Assembly: GCA_964016885.1 (NCBI GenBank)
Contig: OZ024741.1
Span: forward strand, 133,486,001 to 133,550,000
Reading direction: 5' to 3'
Length of the DNA: 64,000 nt
Origin: Eledone cirrhosa
Taxonomy: Eukaryota
The position numbers and the translations under genes are program-made. The notes under the pieces are model-generated. The model was not told where the DNA came from, did no database searches, and saw only the letters and a list, made by a program, of their open reading frames with translations. Positions within the stretch are counted from its first letter, which is position 1; the number at the start of each line of letters is the position of its first letter. Of this stretch, positions 1 through 12,300 are shown in pieces.

Positions 1-45
1 GAGACCAACAACAGTTTCAATATCAGTATTCCCTATTTGGAGATG
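1..45 (+). CDS. BBS5: BBS5-like (BBSome subunit) internal exon, 5' end outside the window
   Basis: Translates ETNNSFNISIPYLEM, then GTATGT donor at 46. Matches recalled BBS5 segment ..MNDSFNVSIPYLQI. Confidence 0.85.
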
Positions 46-204
46 GTATGTAGTATTAAGGTTAAAGTTAATAAAAAAAGCAAAGGATCCTTAACTCCTG
101 ATAGAGTCATAGAGGTGCTGTCCTGAGGCACAACATGTCATGGGCATTTTAAACCTGGTGGAGCCCATCCCTCTCCAAGTTGGACCACAACCAATTTTTT
201 CGAA

Positions 205-207
<3 letters not shown>

Positions 208-241
<34 letters not shown>
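208..241. repeat. (GA)n microsatellite
   Basis: Pure GA run. Confidence 0.95.
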
Positions 242-243
<2 letters not shown>

Positions 244-329
244 CAGTACTGGTACTTTTTTTATCAACCTCGAAAGGATGAAAGGCAGAGTGTGCAAGAG
301 GTAAGATGGAAAGGAGCTTCAACCAGACA

Positions 330-735
330 CCTAACAGACAAAAACCATGTATATTAAGTTCTGGGTGGGTAGCAGTGACTGTAGGTGGGGGTAAGAAAGC
401 TGCTGGCAGAGGAATGGGTAGATAAGGTAATTGATGTAGTCAGGGTGAATAATAGGATAATTAAGCTTAGGTTAACCCTGGGCAATGCAACAGCTACAAT
501 AATCTCTATTTATACTCCACAAACTGGGCTTGCAGATGAACAGAAGGGCTATTTCTATGAGAAATTTCTGCAGACTACCTCGAAGACATCCTTATTGCAG
601 TTGGCCATGTTGGGAAACACTACAACAGCTTCTATGGAATACATGGACGATATGGGTATGGTACAAGAAATGAGAGGGGGGATCAAAGCTTCTGGAGCTC
701 TGCGATGCTCTCAATCTAAACATCTGCAATAAGAA
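330..735 (+). mobile_element. RTE-clade LINE fragment, APE endonuclease region (decayed)
   Basis: ORF 385-732 ..LLAEEWVDKVIDVVRVNNRIIKLRL..IISIYTPQTGLADEQKGYFYE resembles RTE endonucleases (R-I-x-L, Y-A-P-Q-x-G motifs). Frameshifted. Confidence 0.75.
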
Positions 736-1007
736 CATTCTCTCCTGCCCCCTTCCTTTCTTATATTTGCTGACTCATGTTCAACTGCAGTCCCTAATTT
801 CTGGCCCCTTCTAAATCTTTCTTTCATCCCCCAGCACTGAAAGCAATATAACCTGTCTTATCTATTCAATTACCAACACATATATCCTTTTGGATGAAAA
901 TCTATAATAATTTTCTCCTTCCTGCATTAACAAATTGCACAACTTACATTGAACTCTCTCGTGTTTTCTTCCAGTCATAAGACTTTTGGATATTTGTTTT
1001 TGTACTC

Positions 1008-2297
1008 ATTTCAAACATGCAAGTATGGCCTAGAATCAAAAGACCTTAAAGTTAACTTGTCTAAGACAAGTTCTAGTATGTAGAAAGGAAAATAGGGCAC
1101 AGGTGCCCTCTGGGAAATGGCCATGCTCAGTGTGTAGGAAAGGAGTAGGTAGAAATTCCATTTTATGTCCCAAATGCAAACTATGGGTACATGAAAGATG
1201 TAGTGGGATCACAGGTAAGCTATCTAAGAACGTAGATTTTATATGTGGCCAATGCTCAGGTGCAATAAGTAACAAATGCCCACAAGATACTAGTTCCTTC
1301 TATTGCCCAGATGGTTCTATAGAAATAGTGGACACTTTCCGTTACCTGGGTGACAAAATCAGCAGTGGTGGAGGGTGCCCTGAAAGTACAGTAGTCAGAA
1401 CGGGATGGAAAAAGTTCACAGAGCTTATACTGCTGTTGGCCACAAAAGGTTTCTCTCTAAAATGAAAGGCAGATTGTATGATGCCTGTATACGAACAGCA
1501 ATGCTACATGGCAGTGAGACATGGGCATTGTGTGCAGAGGATCTGTGCAGATTGGAAAGGAACGAAGCATGCATGCTCCGTTGGATGTGTGATAGTAATA
1601 TACATGAATGGCAAAGCATAAATGAACTAAGTGAGAAATTAGGAATAAGAGGGATCAGATGCTGTTTACTTGAGAGAAGACTACGTTGGTATGGCCACGT
1701 GATGTGCATGAAAGATGACAGCTGTATAAAAAAGTGCAGGGCGATCAAAATTGATGGAAGTCACAGAGTAGGCAGACCCAGAAAAACCTGGGACGATTTG
1801 ATAAATTCCGACCTTGCACACTTGCACCTCTCTAAGACAATGTCACTGGACTGAGATCTTTGGCGCCACGCAGTAATACAGAAGACCTGCCTTACCTATG
1901 TACAAAGCGAAACCTACAGTCAGTAGGCACCTCTTAATCAAATATACACCCCAACCCACTAGCCCTACTCCCACTCCCACCAACACCACCCTTTCTCTGT
2001 AAAGTTATGTTGGTACCACAGCATCCAGTCCAAACTAATGAGGTCGTGTAGGTGTCACGACAAAAAAACACGCAGTCCACGCTGTAATGTGGCCGTGTAG
2101 AACATGGTAAAAAGCTCCCAGTCCACACTGTAAATGTGGTTGGTATTAGGAAGGGCATCCAGCCTTAGAAAACCTGCCAGACAGTCCTATACGAGCAAGA
2201 CACGGTCACCCGACCAATCTTGCCTCAAGTGGGACAATTCCCGTCTAACCCATGCTAGCATGGAAGATAGACGTTAAACGATGATGATGATGATGAT
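1008..2297 (+). mobile_element. RTE LINE 3' fragment (PHD-containing RT C-terminus, 3'UTR, (GAT)n tail)
   Basis: GKWPCSVCRKGVGRNSILCPKCKLWVHERC, FRYLG, LHGSETW, RRLRWYGHV, GRPRKTW motifs. (GAT)n tail at ~2280-2297. Confidence 0.9.
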
Positions 2298-2472
2298 TCC
2301 CTGTTCTAATAAAAAGACACTTGTTTTATTTCATTCGTTTCTCTGTTACATTATCTTAAATGCATCTTTACAGCAGCTGGCTGATCAGAAAGATAGATGC
2401 TTTTGTTTGTCATACATATCTATTTTTCCATGTAGAACTTTAAATTTTCTATTCTAATACACACACATACAC

Positions 2473-2781
2473 ATCATCATCATTTTACATCTATTTGTCC
2501 TTGCTTGCAAGGGTGGGATGAGTACTCTTCAGCACAGCATCTCTCCATTTGTCACAGTCCTTTGTCATCTCCTCTCTGAGCTTCAGCGTTCTGAGGTCAG
2601 TTCTCACCACCTCCGCCCATGTTTGCGGTGGTCTTTCTCTACTGCATTTTCCTTCCACTGGGATTACTTGGCACTTCTTCACCCAGCAGTCATCATCCAT
2701 GTGCATTACATGGCCATACCAACGTAGTCTTCTCTCCTGCATGCTACAGTTTATTCCTCTTATACACAGTATCTGTCTCAA
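2473..2781 (-). mobile_element. RTE LINE 3' fragment, second subfamily
   Basis: Minus ORF ERRLRWYGHVMHMDDDCWVKKC..RPPQTW, with (CAT)n tail on the + strand at ~2473-2483. Confidence 0.8.
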
Positions 2782-3546
2782 GTGTATTATTCATGCCACC
2801 AGCACTAGAGAGGTTGTCTTACTAGACTCAAGAGTCCTCTCCACACTGTGTTACTTTTTATTTGGACTGTCTGCTCTCCTAGACAGGTTACCTTAACTAC
2901 AGCTTACAGGGCTCACATCTACCCCATGCAGTAATCTTTAATTGGAGTTCTGCCCTCCTAGACGGGTTGCCTTCACTATGGTTTATGGGGTCCATGTTAC
3001 CCCATGCAGTCATTTTTAATCTGCTTTGTGGATCATAACCTTAATTCTCTCGGGGCATTGTTGATGTATGAGAGAAAAGCAACAGGTAGGAAGGTGAGAA
3101 AGGGAGGGGGAGTAAGTGATGTAGAGGCGGGGAAATGTGTGAAGAATAATATGCAGGAAGGTTGTAGGAAAAGTAGGGAGGAACAAGGTCATGTCAGCCA
3201 AACAATAATAATATGTAATAGGAATAAATATGAATTTAACATCGAGATTGTAATAATATGAAATATATAAATAATGAAAAAAAAGTTCAACTTATCTGAA
3301 TTGGAATCACTATGTTACACTCACACACATATACACAAAGATAAGTCAAATTAAATTTCATTTGTGTAGATTAGATATGCAAAAAAAATAAATATGGAAG
3401 ATTGCTTACCAAATGATGTTTCTCAACGTATTCCTTGAAGGTGTATGGTAATTATCTAGTTAAAATGATTATGGTACAATTTCCAAAGAAATCACTGAGT
3501 ATTTATAATAATAAGTATGGTACCAGGAAAAACAAGATTATCTAGG

Positions 3547-3880
3547 CAGGAAAAATTGGTCAGAAATAGAGATTTATTGAGAGTTCATTCTTTAACATCT
3601 ATTTCTGTACAATAACTGTCTACATGCACTGACTGCATAATCTGGTGCTCAATCATATGCATTACATAATAAATTATTGCACTTCATCAGAAAGAGAAAA
3701 ATTGTTATAGTTTAAGGTGAGGACGTCGCATTTTTGCAATAAGTATTATTTACTGCTAACTTATCTGAAGTACAAAACACTGGCACATAGAGGAATTCAG
3801 AATTGAAATGTCATTTTAATTCTGAATTTCATGTTAAAGAATGAACTCTATAAATATCTCTTTCTGACCAATTCTTCCTG
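3547..3880. mobile_element. MITE-like element with ~50-bp imperfect terminal inverted repeats
   Basis: caggaaaaattggtcagaaatagagatttattgagagttcattctttaacat (from 3547) is nearly the reverse complement of atgttaaagaatgaactctataaatatctctttctgaccaattcttcctg (to 3880). Confidence 0.65.
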
Positions 3881-3945
3881 GTCACTTTTCGCGGGTGCTC
3901 TAACCCCCCCGGGTTATGTTTCTAGAGCACCCGCGAAAAGTGACC
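3880..3945. repeat. Perfect 23-bp inverted repeat (hairpin) with 20-nt loop
   Basis: ggtcacttttcgcgggtgctcta (3880-3902) and tagagcacccgcgaaaagtgacc (3923-3945). Confidence 0.9.
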
Positions 3946-4539
3946 GTTTGATTTGAAAAGTGGAGTAAAGCAAAAGGAGGGTCAAGTGAATTTGATGTGT
4001 CAACCCCTTGTGTGTTTTTTTTTTGTTTTTCAATACTGGACTTACAGTTTTCCAGGATTTATAGATTCATTTTTAGCAGCATAATTCTATGAGAAACTGT
4101 TAACATGCTCACATATATACATACATATCTTTAATTTTTTCCACTGGGAACACTCCCTGGTTTTACTTATCCATCTATATTCATTTATTTATTTTTTATT
4201 TATTTATTTTTTATTTTTTCACATGTCCCCTCTATGCTCCACCCCCTTTTTTCTGTCTTGTTTTCTGTTGCCTCCGGATCTGGTGTAGGTGACCTATGAA
4301 GCCTTGTTCATATCATCACCCTGTCCACATTCCCCTGATTCCTTTTTTTCCTTTCCACCCACATACCCAGGCCGGTGACAACCAGCCACTCACCCTAGAT
4401 GCTGCTTAGTACTCTAGTCCCTGGCTCCATGCCCCACCCTCCATTCCCACTGTTCGGGGTGTGGCTGTTTCCACCACCTTACTTGTGTTGGGTTGATATG
4501 TCGAGCCTCCAGTGCCCTTGCCAGCGTGGAGATGCAGCA

Positions 4540-5733
4540 ACTGTCTCTTCCCCTCGTCTGCGACCGTCTACTACACCACCAGATGAGATAGCAAGCTTGT
4601 CTGATGCTCAAGATCCCAAGACCAGCCCGGGTGCCAGTAGCTGATGCCCTCGCTTCCTCAATCGAGAGGGCTCTGAGAGCACCATTTCTATTTTGCCCCA
4701 CTTGCCCTTGGCCTCCCCTTCTGTCACTGACTGAGGTGGCCTGTCGACAGCAGCTTTTTTCAAGGCAATGTTTCGTCCTTTGGGCAAGCACCCATCCCAA
4801 GTGTGCCTAAGGATATCACACCCTCTGCTCTTGGGTGCCTTCAATCCTCCACCCCTGAAACCAGTGCAAAGCATTTACATGACTGTAAATGCTAAACTAA
4901 TCGAGGGCCATCATGTCTCAGCTGCAATCAGAGTGGTTGCCTCGGAGGACACTGTCTTCCACCCCACCGAGGAGGTCTTAGCTGCTCTTTGGCTGAAGCA
5001 CCCTGAGCCGCCAACTGACTTTAGACCCATACCTGCTCTTTGTGGCTTCCGACACAGACATCATGTCTGCCATCAAGTCCTTCTCAGCCAGCAGCAGCGG
5101 AGGTGCCGATGGCCTCCGACCTGGCGACTTCAGGGAGTTATTATCCCCCTTTTCTGCTGAGGCTGGGCGCCACCTTCTGAGCGAAAATTGTGGCACTCAA
5201 CTAATAGGTTTATCCATGGCGCCCTGGACCCTTGTGCCCGAGGCCTCTTTTTTTTGGCCAGCCTGACCGCTCTCAGGAAGAAAGAGGGTGGCATACGCAC
5301 CATCACTGTGGGTAATGTCTTCTGGAGGCTGGTTGCTAAGGTGGTCTGCAGGTCCATCACACCTAAACTGGGTGAGGAGCTCAACCTGGTGCAACTGGGT
5401 GTCGGTTTGTCCGGTGGCTGTGAGGGAGCCACACATGCAGCCAGGCAGTTCTTCAATAGCTGCCCACTGGAACTGGCATCCAGGGGCTCCAGGCACCTCA
5501 TTGTTAAGCTTGATATGAGGAATGCCTTTAACTGCCTACGCTGTGGTCATCTGCTCGAGGCCTGCCTCAGCTGAATCCCCTCTGCCTACCTACCATATGG
5601 AGCCCCAAGCATGCTCTTTGTTGCTGACACGGTCATACCTTCAACCACTGGGGTCCAACAGAGTGACCCTTTTGGCCCCCTCCTCTTTGCTCTTGGTATA
5701 GACCACATTGCCCCTCTCAACGTTTGGTACCTG
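4540..5733 (+). mobile_element. CRE-clade non-LTR retrotransposon RT fragment (decayed)
   Basis: Frameshifted ORFs give LKIPRPAR, LWLKHP, SSSGGADGLRP, LTALRKKEGGIRTITVGNVFWRLVAK, QLGVGLSGGCEG, VKLDMRNAFN, GVQQSDPFGPLLFAL and NVWYL. These are typical CRE-type RT motifs. Truncated just before the catalytic DD. Confidence 0.75.
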
Positions 5734-6114
5734 AGGCTGTGAAGCAGGGAGTGAAAAAAACAGGTCTGACCTCTGCAAGAGTAGGTGAACAATAGGTAGA
5801 GGCGAGAGAAACAGCAGGGTAGCTTGTAAAGAGAGGGAGAGAAGGAGAAAGGAGGGAAAGATAGAAAGGGGAAGAGTTAATAGCAACACAGTAGATAGGG
5901 AGAAAGAGAGAATAGGTCACAGCAAAAACTTAATAAAAATTTTGTGAAGAAACAGGGTCTGTGTGGCTGCTTTCTCCCTCTCACTTTTACTCTCCCTCTC
6001 TCTGCTAGTTACCCGCTGCTTCCGCTGTTTCTCTCACCTCTGCCTCTTATCTACCTACTCTTGCGGAGGTCAGACCTGTTTTTTTTGCTCCCTGCTTCAC
6101 CGTCTATACAGCCT
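5734..6114. mobile_element. Fold-back/MITE element with long imperfect TIRs
   Basis: aggctgtgaagcagggagtgaaaaaaacaggtctgacctctgcaagagtagg.. mirrors ..cctactcttgcggaggtcagacctgttttttttgctccctgcttcac..acagcct. Confidence 0.7.
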
Positions 6115-6419
6115 TGTTCTTAAGTCCAGTAGCTGATGTTGACTTGGCCTTTCTTTCTCTTCGGTTGCTACATACATGTGCTACTAGTGTTTCCCTTTTT
6201 GGTATGTTTTTTTCCGTTTATTTTATTTTTCTTCCTTTTTTTCTTTCTTTTTTCCCTTCTGTTATATTTTTTCTCTCTCTCCTTTTTTCCCCAATAACTT
6301 AGTTATTGATGCATTGAAGCTAGACATATTGTCTTTAATGCGTAGAAATGTCTGTGATCTCCAGCAGACAACTGGTGAAGTGAAATATCCCCCGTTTGTG
6401 CCTTCCTCTTATTTATAGA

Positions 6420-8993
6420 CGTAATTGCCGGCAGAGGAATACCTTAAGGAGAAGATTATGGAAGTTGAAGAACCCTGCAGCCAGTAACAAATTCAAAGGC
6501 ATATTACTTGATGTTTTTGATAGTAAGGAAGAGCAATTAGAGTCATACAATATAGAGGAACAGTGGGAATTCCTGAAAGTTAACCTGTTGAAGGCGACTG
6601 ATGAAATCTGTGGCTGGAGCAGACCATTAGGCAGGAGGAGAGTGACAAGATGGTGGAACAGTAAGGTGGAGGAGGCCATCAAGGGCAAATGGCAGGCGTG
6701 GAGAGAATGGCAGGACAGGGGTAGTAGAGAACATTATCGGGTAGCTTGGAGAGAAGCTAGACAACAAGTATACCTTGCAAAGAGGGAAGCAAAAGATAGA
6801 AAGTTCAAGCATATTCTACAACGGAAGGACCAAAGACGTGAGATATTCAGGATTGCGAGGCAATGTGTCAAGAACTGTGATATTATCGGTGAGGCGTGTG
6901 TCCATTATGACGATGGTGTACTTGCTCTCACTGACAGTGATAAGAAGGTAGCTTGGAAGTGTCACTACGAGAGACTACTGAATGTGGAGAATGAATGGAA
7001 TAAAGATAGTCTGCCTCACATCGATCCAATAGAAGGACCAGCTGTGCAAGTTAATGGTAGTGTAGTAATTAAGGCAATCAAAAAGACAGGCAAAGCAGCT
7101 GGGCCTTCAGGGATAGTTGCTGAAATCTTGAAGGTGGGACATACTATAGTCACCCGGATAGTAAACCAAGTAATACAGAATGGGGTCATACCAAATGACT
7201 GGCGTAGCAGCATCATCATCATCAACTGTTACAAGGGTAAAGGAGGCGTCCTGGATAGAGGAAATTATAGGGGTATTAAATTAGTTGACCAAGTCATGAA
7301 AGTCACAGAAAGAGTTATTACTCAACTGATTAGAGAACAAATTGATCTAAATGAAATGCAGTTTGGGTTTGTGCCAGGTAAAACTACCACTGATGCTCTT
7401 TTCCTTGTACGGCAATTACAGGAGAAGTACCTAGCTAACAGTAAACCCTTCTACTTAGCTTTTGTTGACCTGGAGAGGGCCTTTGACAGAGTCCCATGCA
7501 CCTTAATCTGGTGGGCTCTTAGAAAACTAGGAATGGAAGAATGGCTTGTGAGAGCTATACAAGCCATGTATAGAGGAACAGTCAGCAAAGTAGAATTAAC
7601 GGTGAATATAATGATGAATTTAGTGTAATAGTAGGAGTTCACCACGGCTCTGTTCTTAGCCCCCTCCTGTTTATTATTGTCCTACAGGCTATAACAGAGG
7701 GGTTTAAGACTGGCTGCTCATGGGAACTTCTATATGCAGATGATCTAACTCTCATAGCTGATTCTATGGCTGAATTAGAGAAGAAGTTCCAAACATGGAA
7801 GCATGGCCTTGAATCAAAAGGCCTTAGAGTCAACTTGTCTAAGACTAAGGTTCTAGTATGTAGAAAGGAGAATTGGGCACAGGTGCCGTTTGGGAAATGG
7901 CCATGCTCAGTGTGTAAGAAAGGAGTAGGTAGAAACTCCATTCTATGTCCCAAATGCAAACTGGGTACATAAAAGATGTAGTGGGGTAACAGGTAAGCTA
8001 TCTAAGAATGTAGATTTTATATGTGGCCGATGCTCAGGTGCAGTAAGTAGCAAAGACTCACTGGATGCTATCTCCTTCAACTGCCCAGATGGTTCTATAG
8101 AAATAGTAGACACCTTCCATTACCCAGGTGACAAAATCAGCAGTAGAGGAGGGTGCTCTGAATGTGTAGTAGCCAGAGTTAGAGTGGGATGGAAAAAGTT
8201 CAGAGAGCTAATACCGCTGTTGGCCACAAGGGGTTTTTCTCTAAAAAATGAAAGGCAGATTGTATGATGCTTGTATACGAAGGCGATATTACATGGTAGT
8301 GAGACTTGGGCATTGTGTGCTGAAGACTTGCATAGATTAGAAAGAAATGAAGCTTGCATGCTCCGATGGATGTGTAATAGTAATGTGCACGAATTAAGAG
8401 GGAGACTAAGCATAAGAGGTATCAAATGTTGTGTTTTGGAGAGGAGACTGCGTTGGTATGGACATGTGATGCGTATGAAGGACAACAGCTGTATAAAAAA
8501 GTGCAGGGCAATGAAAATTGATGGAAGCTATGGAGTGGGTAGACCAAGAAAAACCTGGGACGAGGTGATAAAAACTGATCTTATCCACCTACACCTCTCG
8601 AAGACTATGACTCTGGATCGAGACGTTTGGCGCCATGCAGTTGTACAGAAGACCCGAGTGCCATTGCATACAAACCTACAGTCAGTAGGCACTTCTTCAC
8701 CTCTTAACCCAATGTACACCCCACCCTCACACCTTTACCCCGTCCTCTCTCTCCCGTTCCGTCCACTGTGTTGATGACACAACAGTCTACACTGTAAGGT
8801 GGTTGTGTAGGAGGCATGGTGAAAAGGCTTGCAGTCCACACTGTAAATGGTTGGTGTTAGAAAGGGCATCCAGCTGTAGAAAATCTGCCAGAGGCGCTTC
8901 CGTATGAGCGAGGCATGGTCTCCTCACCATTCCCGCATCAAATGGAACAAAACCGTCTAACCCATGACTGCGTGGTAGATGGATGTTAAATAT

Positions 8994-9024
<31 letters not shown>
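6420..9024 (+). mobile_element. 5'-truncated RTE LINE, RT with PHD finger, disrupted
   Basis: 410-aa ORF with RWWN, KAAGPSG, NYRGIKL, QFGFVPGKTTTDA, AFVDLERAFDRV. Then HGSVLSP, YADD, PHD and RRLRWYGHV in other frames. (GAT)n tail ~8995-9024. Confidence 0.92.

Positions 9025-9025
<1 letters not shown>

Positions 9026-9082
<57 letters not shown>
9026..9082. repeat. (TA)n microsatellite abutting the RTE tail
   Basis: Pure TA run. Confidence 0.95.
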
Positions 9083-9086
<4 letters not shown>

Positions 9087-9114
9087 TATAATCTTTGGGT
9101 TTGTTCATTTTTAG

Positions 9115-9177
9115 GAGTATGTGAAAGTACAGAAATCAAAATATGGATTGGCATTGACCATTGCTGTATGTGAACAG
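9115..9177 (+). CDS. BBS5: BBS5-like exon
   Basis: TTTTTAG acceptor, 63 nt, phase 0/0, EYVKVQKSKYGLALTIAVCEQ, GTATGT donor. Matches recalled BBS5 [21 protein letters not shown]. Confidence 0.85.
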
Positions 9178-9329
9178 GTATGTGGGTATGTGGGTGTATA
9201 ATGATGGAAAGGAGGGTATACTGTATGTGAAGAGGTATGTGGGTGTATAATGATGGAAAGGAGGGTATATATAGAATAGAGGAAGAGAGTAAGAGAAGAT
9301 AGGATTTAGGGTGTGTGAGAAGGACAAAG

Positions 9330-12300
9330 TGATAGAATATAGAGTGAGTGTGGAGGACAGAGTGTAGAGTGAGAGTGTGAGGAGGTCAGTGAGAGAATGA
9401 GGAGGACAGAGTGTAGAGTGAAAGAGTGAAGATGACAGTGTAGAGTGAGAGAGTGAGGAGGACAGAGTGAGAGAGTGAGGAGGACAGTGTAGAGTGAGAG
9501 AGTGAAGTGGACAGTGTAGAGTGAGAGATTGAGGAGGACAGAGTGTAGAGTGAAAGAGTGAGGAGGACAGTGTAGAGTGAGAGAGTGAGGAGGACAGAGT
9601 GAGAGAGTGAGGAGGACAGTGTAGAGTGAGAGAGTGAAGAGGACAGAGTGTAGAGGGAGAGAGTGAAGAGGACAGTGTAGAGTTAGAGAGTGAGGAGGAC
9701 AGTGTAGAGTGAGAGAGTGAAGAGGACAGTGTAGAGTGAGAGAGTGAAGAGGACAGAGTGTAGAGGGAGAGAGTGAAGAGGACAGTGTAGAGTGAGAGAG
9801 TGAGGAGGACAGAGTGAGAGAGTGAGGAGGACAGAGTGAGAGAGTGAGGAGGACAGAGTGAGAGAATGAGGAGGACAGAGGGTAGAGTGAGAGAGTGAAG
9901 AGGACAGAGTGTAGAGGGAGAGAGTGAAGAGGACAGTGTAGAGTGAGAGAGTGAGGAGGACAGAGTGAGAGAGTGAGGAGGACAGTGTAGAGTGAGAGAG
10001 TGAAGAGGACAGAGTGTAGAGGGAGAGAGTGAAGAGGACAGTGTAGAGTGAGAGATTGAGGAGGACAGAGTGTGGAGGGAGAGAGTGAAGAGGACAGTGT
10101 AGAGTGAGAGAGTGAGGAGGACAGAGTGAGAGAGTGAGGAGGACAGAGTGAGAGAGTGAGGAGGACAGTGTAGAGTGAGAGAGTGAAGAGGACAGAGTGT
10201 AGAGGGAGAGAGTGAAGAGGACAGTGTAGAGTGAGGAGGACAGTGTAGAGTGAGAGATTGAGGAGGACAGAGTGTAGAGGGAGAGAGTGAAGAGTACAGT
10301 GTAGAGTGAGAGAGTGAGGAGGACAGTGTAGAGTGAGAGAGTGAGGAGGACAGAGTGAGAGAATGAGGAGGACAGAGGGTAGAGTGAGAGAGTGAGGAGG
10401 ACAGTGTAGAGTGAGAGAGTGAGGAGGACAGAGTGAGAGAATGAGGAGGACAGAGGGTAGAGTGAGAGAGTGAGGAGGACAGAGTGTAGAGGGAGAGAGT
10501 GAGGAGGACAGAGTGTAGAGTGAAAGAGTGAGGAGGACAGTGTAGAGTGAGAGAGTGAGGAGGACAGAGTGAGAGAATGAGGAGGACAGAGGGTAGAGTG
10601 AGAGAGTGAGGAGGACAGAGTGTAGAGGGAGAGAGTGAAGAGGACAGTGTAGAGTGAGAGAGTGAGGAGGACAGTGTAGAGTGAGAGAGTGAGGAGGACA
10701 GAGTGAGAGAGTGAGGAGGACAGTGTAGAGTGAGAGAGTGAAGAGGACAGTGTAGAGTGAGAGAGTGAAGAGGACAGAGTGTAGAGGGAGAGAGTGAAGA
10801 GGACAGTGTAGAGTGAGAGAGTGAGGAGGAGATAGTGAGAGAATGAGGAGGACAGAGTGTAGAGTGAGAGAGTGAGGAGGACAGAGTGTAGAGTGAGAGA
10901 GTGAGGAGGACAGAGTGTAGAGTGAGAGAGTGAGGAGGACAGTGTAGAGTGAGAGAGTGAGGAGGACAGTGTAGAGGGAGAGAGTGAAGAGGACAGTGTA
11001 GAGTGAGAGAGTGAGGAAGACAGTGTAGAGGGAGAGAGTGAAGAGGACAGTGTAGAGTGAGAGAGTGAAGAGGAGATAGTGAGAGAATGAGGAGGACAGA
11101 GTGTAGAGTGAGAGAGTGAGGAGGACAGAGTGTAGAGTGAGAGAGTGAGGAGGACAGTGTAGAGTGAGAGAGTGAGGAGGACAGTGTAGAGGGAGAGAGT
11201 GAAGAGGACAGTGTAGAGTGAGAGAGTGAAGAGGAGATAGTGAGAGAATGAGGAGGACAGAGTGTAGAGTGAGAGAGTGAGGAGGACAGAGTGTAGAGTG
11301 AGAGAGTGAGGAGGACAGTGTAGAGGGAGAGAGTGAAGAGGACAGTGTAGAGTGAGAGAGTGAGGAGGACAGTGTAGAGGGAGAGAGTGAAGAGGACAGT
11401 GTAGAGTGAGAGAGTGAGGAGGACAGTGTAGAGTGAGAGAGTGAGGAGGACAGTGTAGAGGGAGAGAGTGAAGAGGACAGTGTAGAGTGAGAGAGTGAGG
11501 AGGACAGTGTAGAGGGAGAGAGTGAAGAGGACAGTGTAGAGTGAGAGAGTGAGGAGGACAGTGTAGAGGGAGAGACTGAAGAGGACAGTGTAGAGTGAGA
11601 GAGTGAGGAGGACAGTGTAGAGGGAGAGAGTGAAGAGGACAGTGTAGAGTGAGAGAGTGAAGAGGAGATAGTGAGAGAATGAGGAGGACAGAGTGTAGAG
11701 TGAGAGAGTGAGGAGGACAGAGTGTAGAGTGAGAGAGTGAGGAGGACAGTGTAGAGTGAGAGAGTGAGGAGGACAGTGTAGAGGGAGAGAGTGAAGAGGA
11801 CAGTGTAGAGTGAGAGAGTGAAGAGGAGATAGTGAGAGAATGAGGAGGACAGAGTGTAGAGTGAGAGAGTGAGGAGGACAGAGTGTAGAGTGAGAGAGTG
11901 AGGAGGACAGTGTAGAGGGAGAGAGTGAAGAGGACAGTGTAGAGTGAGAGAGTGAGGAGGACAGTGTAGAGGGAGAGAGTGAAGAGGACAGTGTAGAGTG
12001 AGAGAGTGAGGAGGACAGTGTAGAGTGAGAGAGTGAGGAGGACAGTGTAGAGGGAGAGAGTGAAGAGGACAGTGTAGAGTGAGAGAGTGAGGAGGACAGT
12101 GTAGAGGGAGAGAGTGAAGAGGACAGTGTAGAGTGAGAGAGTGAGGAGGACAGTGTAGAGTGAGAGAGTGAGGAGGACAGTGTAGAGGGAGAGAGTGAAG
12201 AGGACAGTGTAGAGTGAGAGAGTGAGGAGGACAGTGTAGAGGGAGAGAGTGAAGAGGACAGTGTAGAGTGAGAGAGTGAAGAGGAGATAGTGAGAGAATG

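Noticed and set aside
3410-3455. Possible 46-nt minus-strand exon (NYHTPSRNTLRNII) with AG/GTAAGC sites
   Set aside because: Isolated, with no recognisable homology and no partner exons. Such signals arise by chance.
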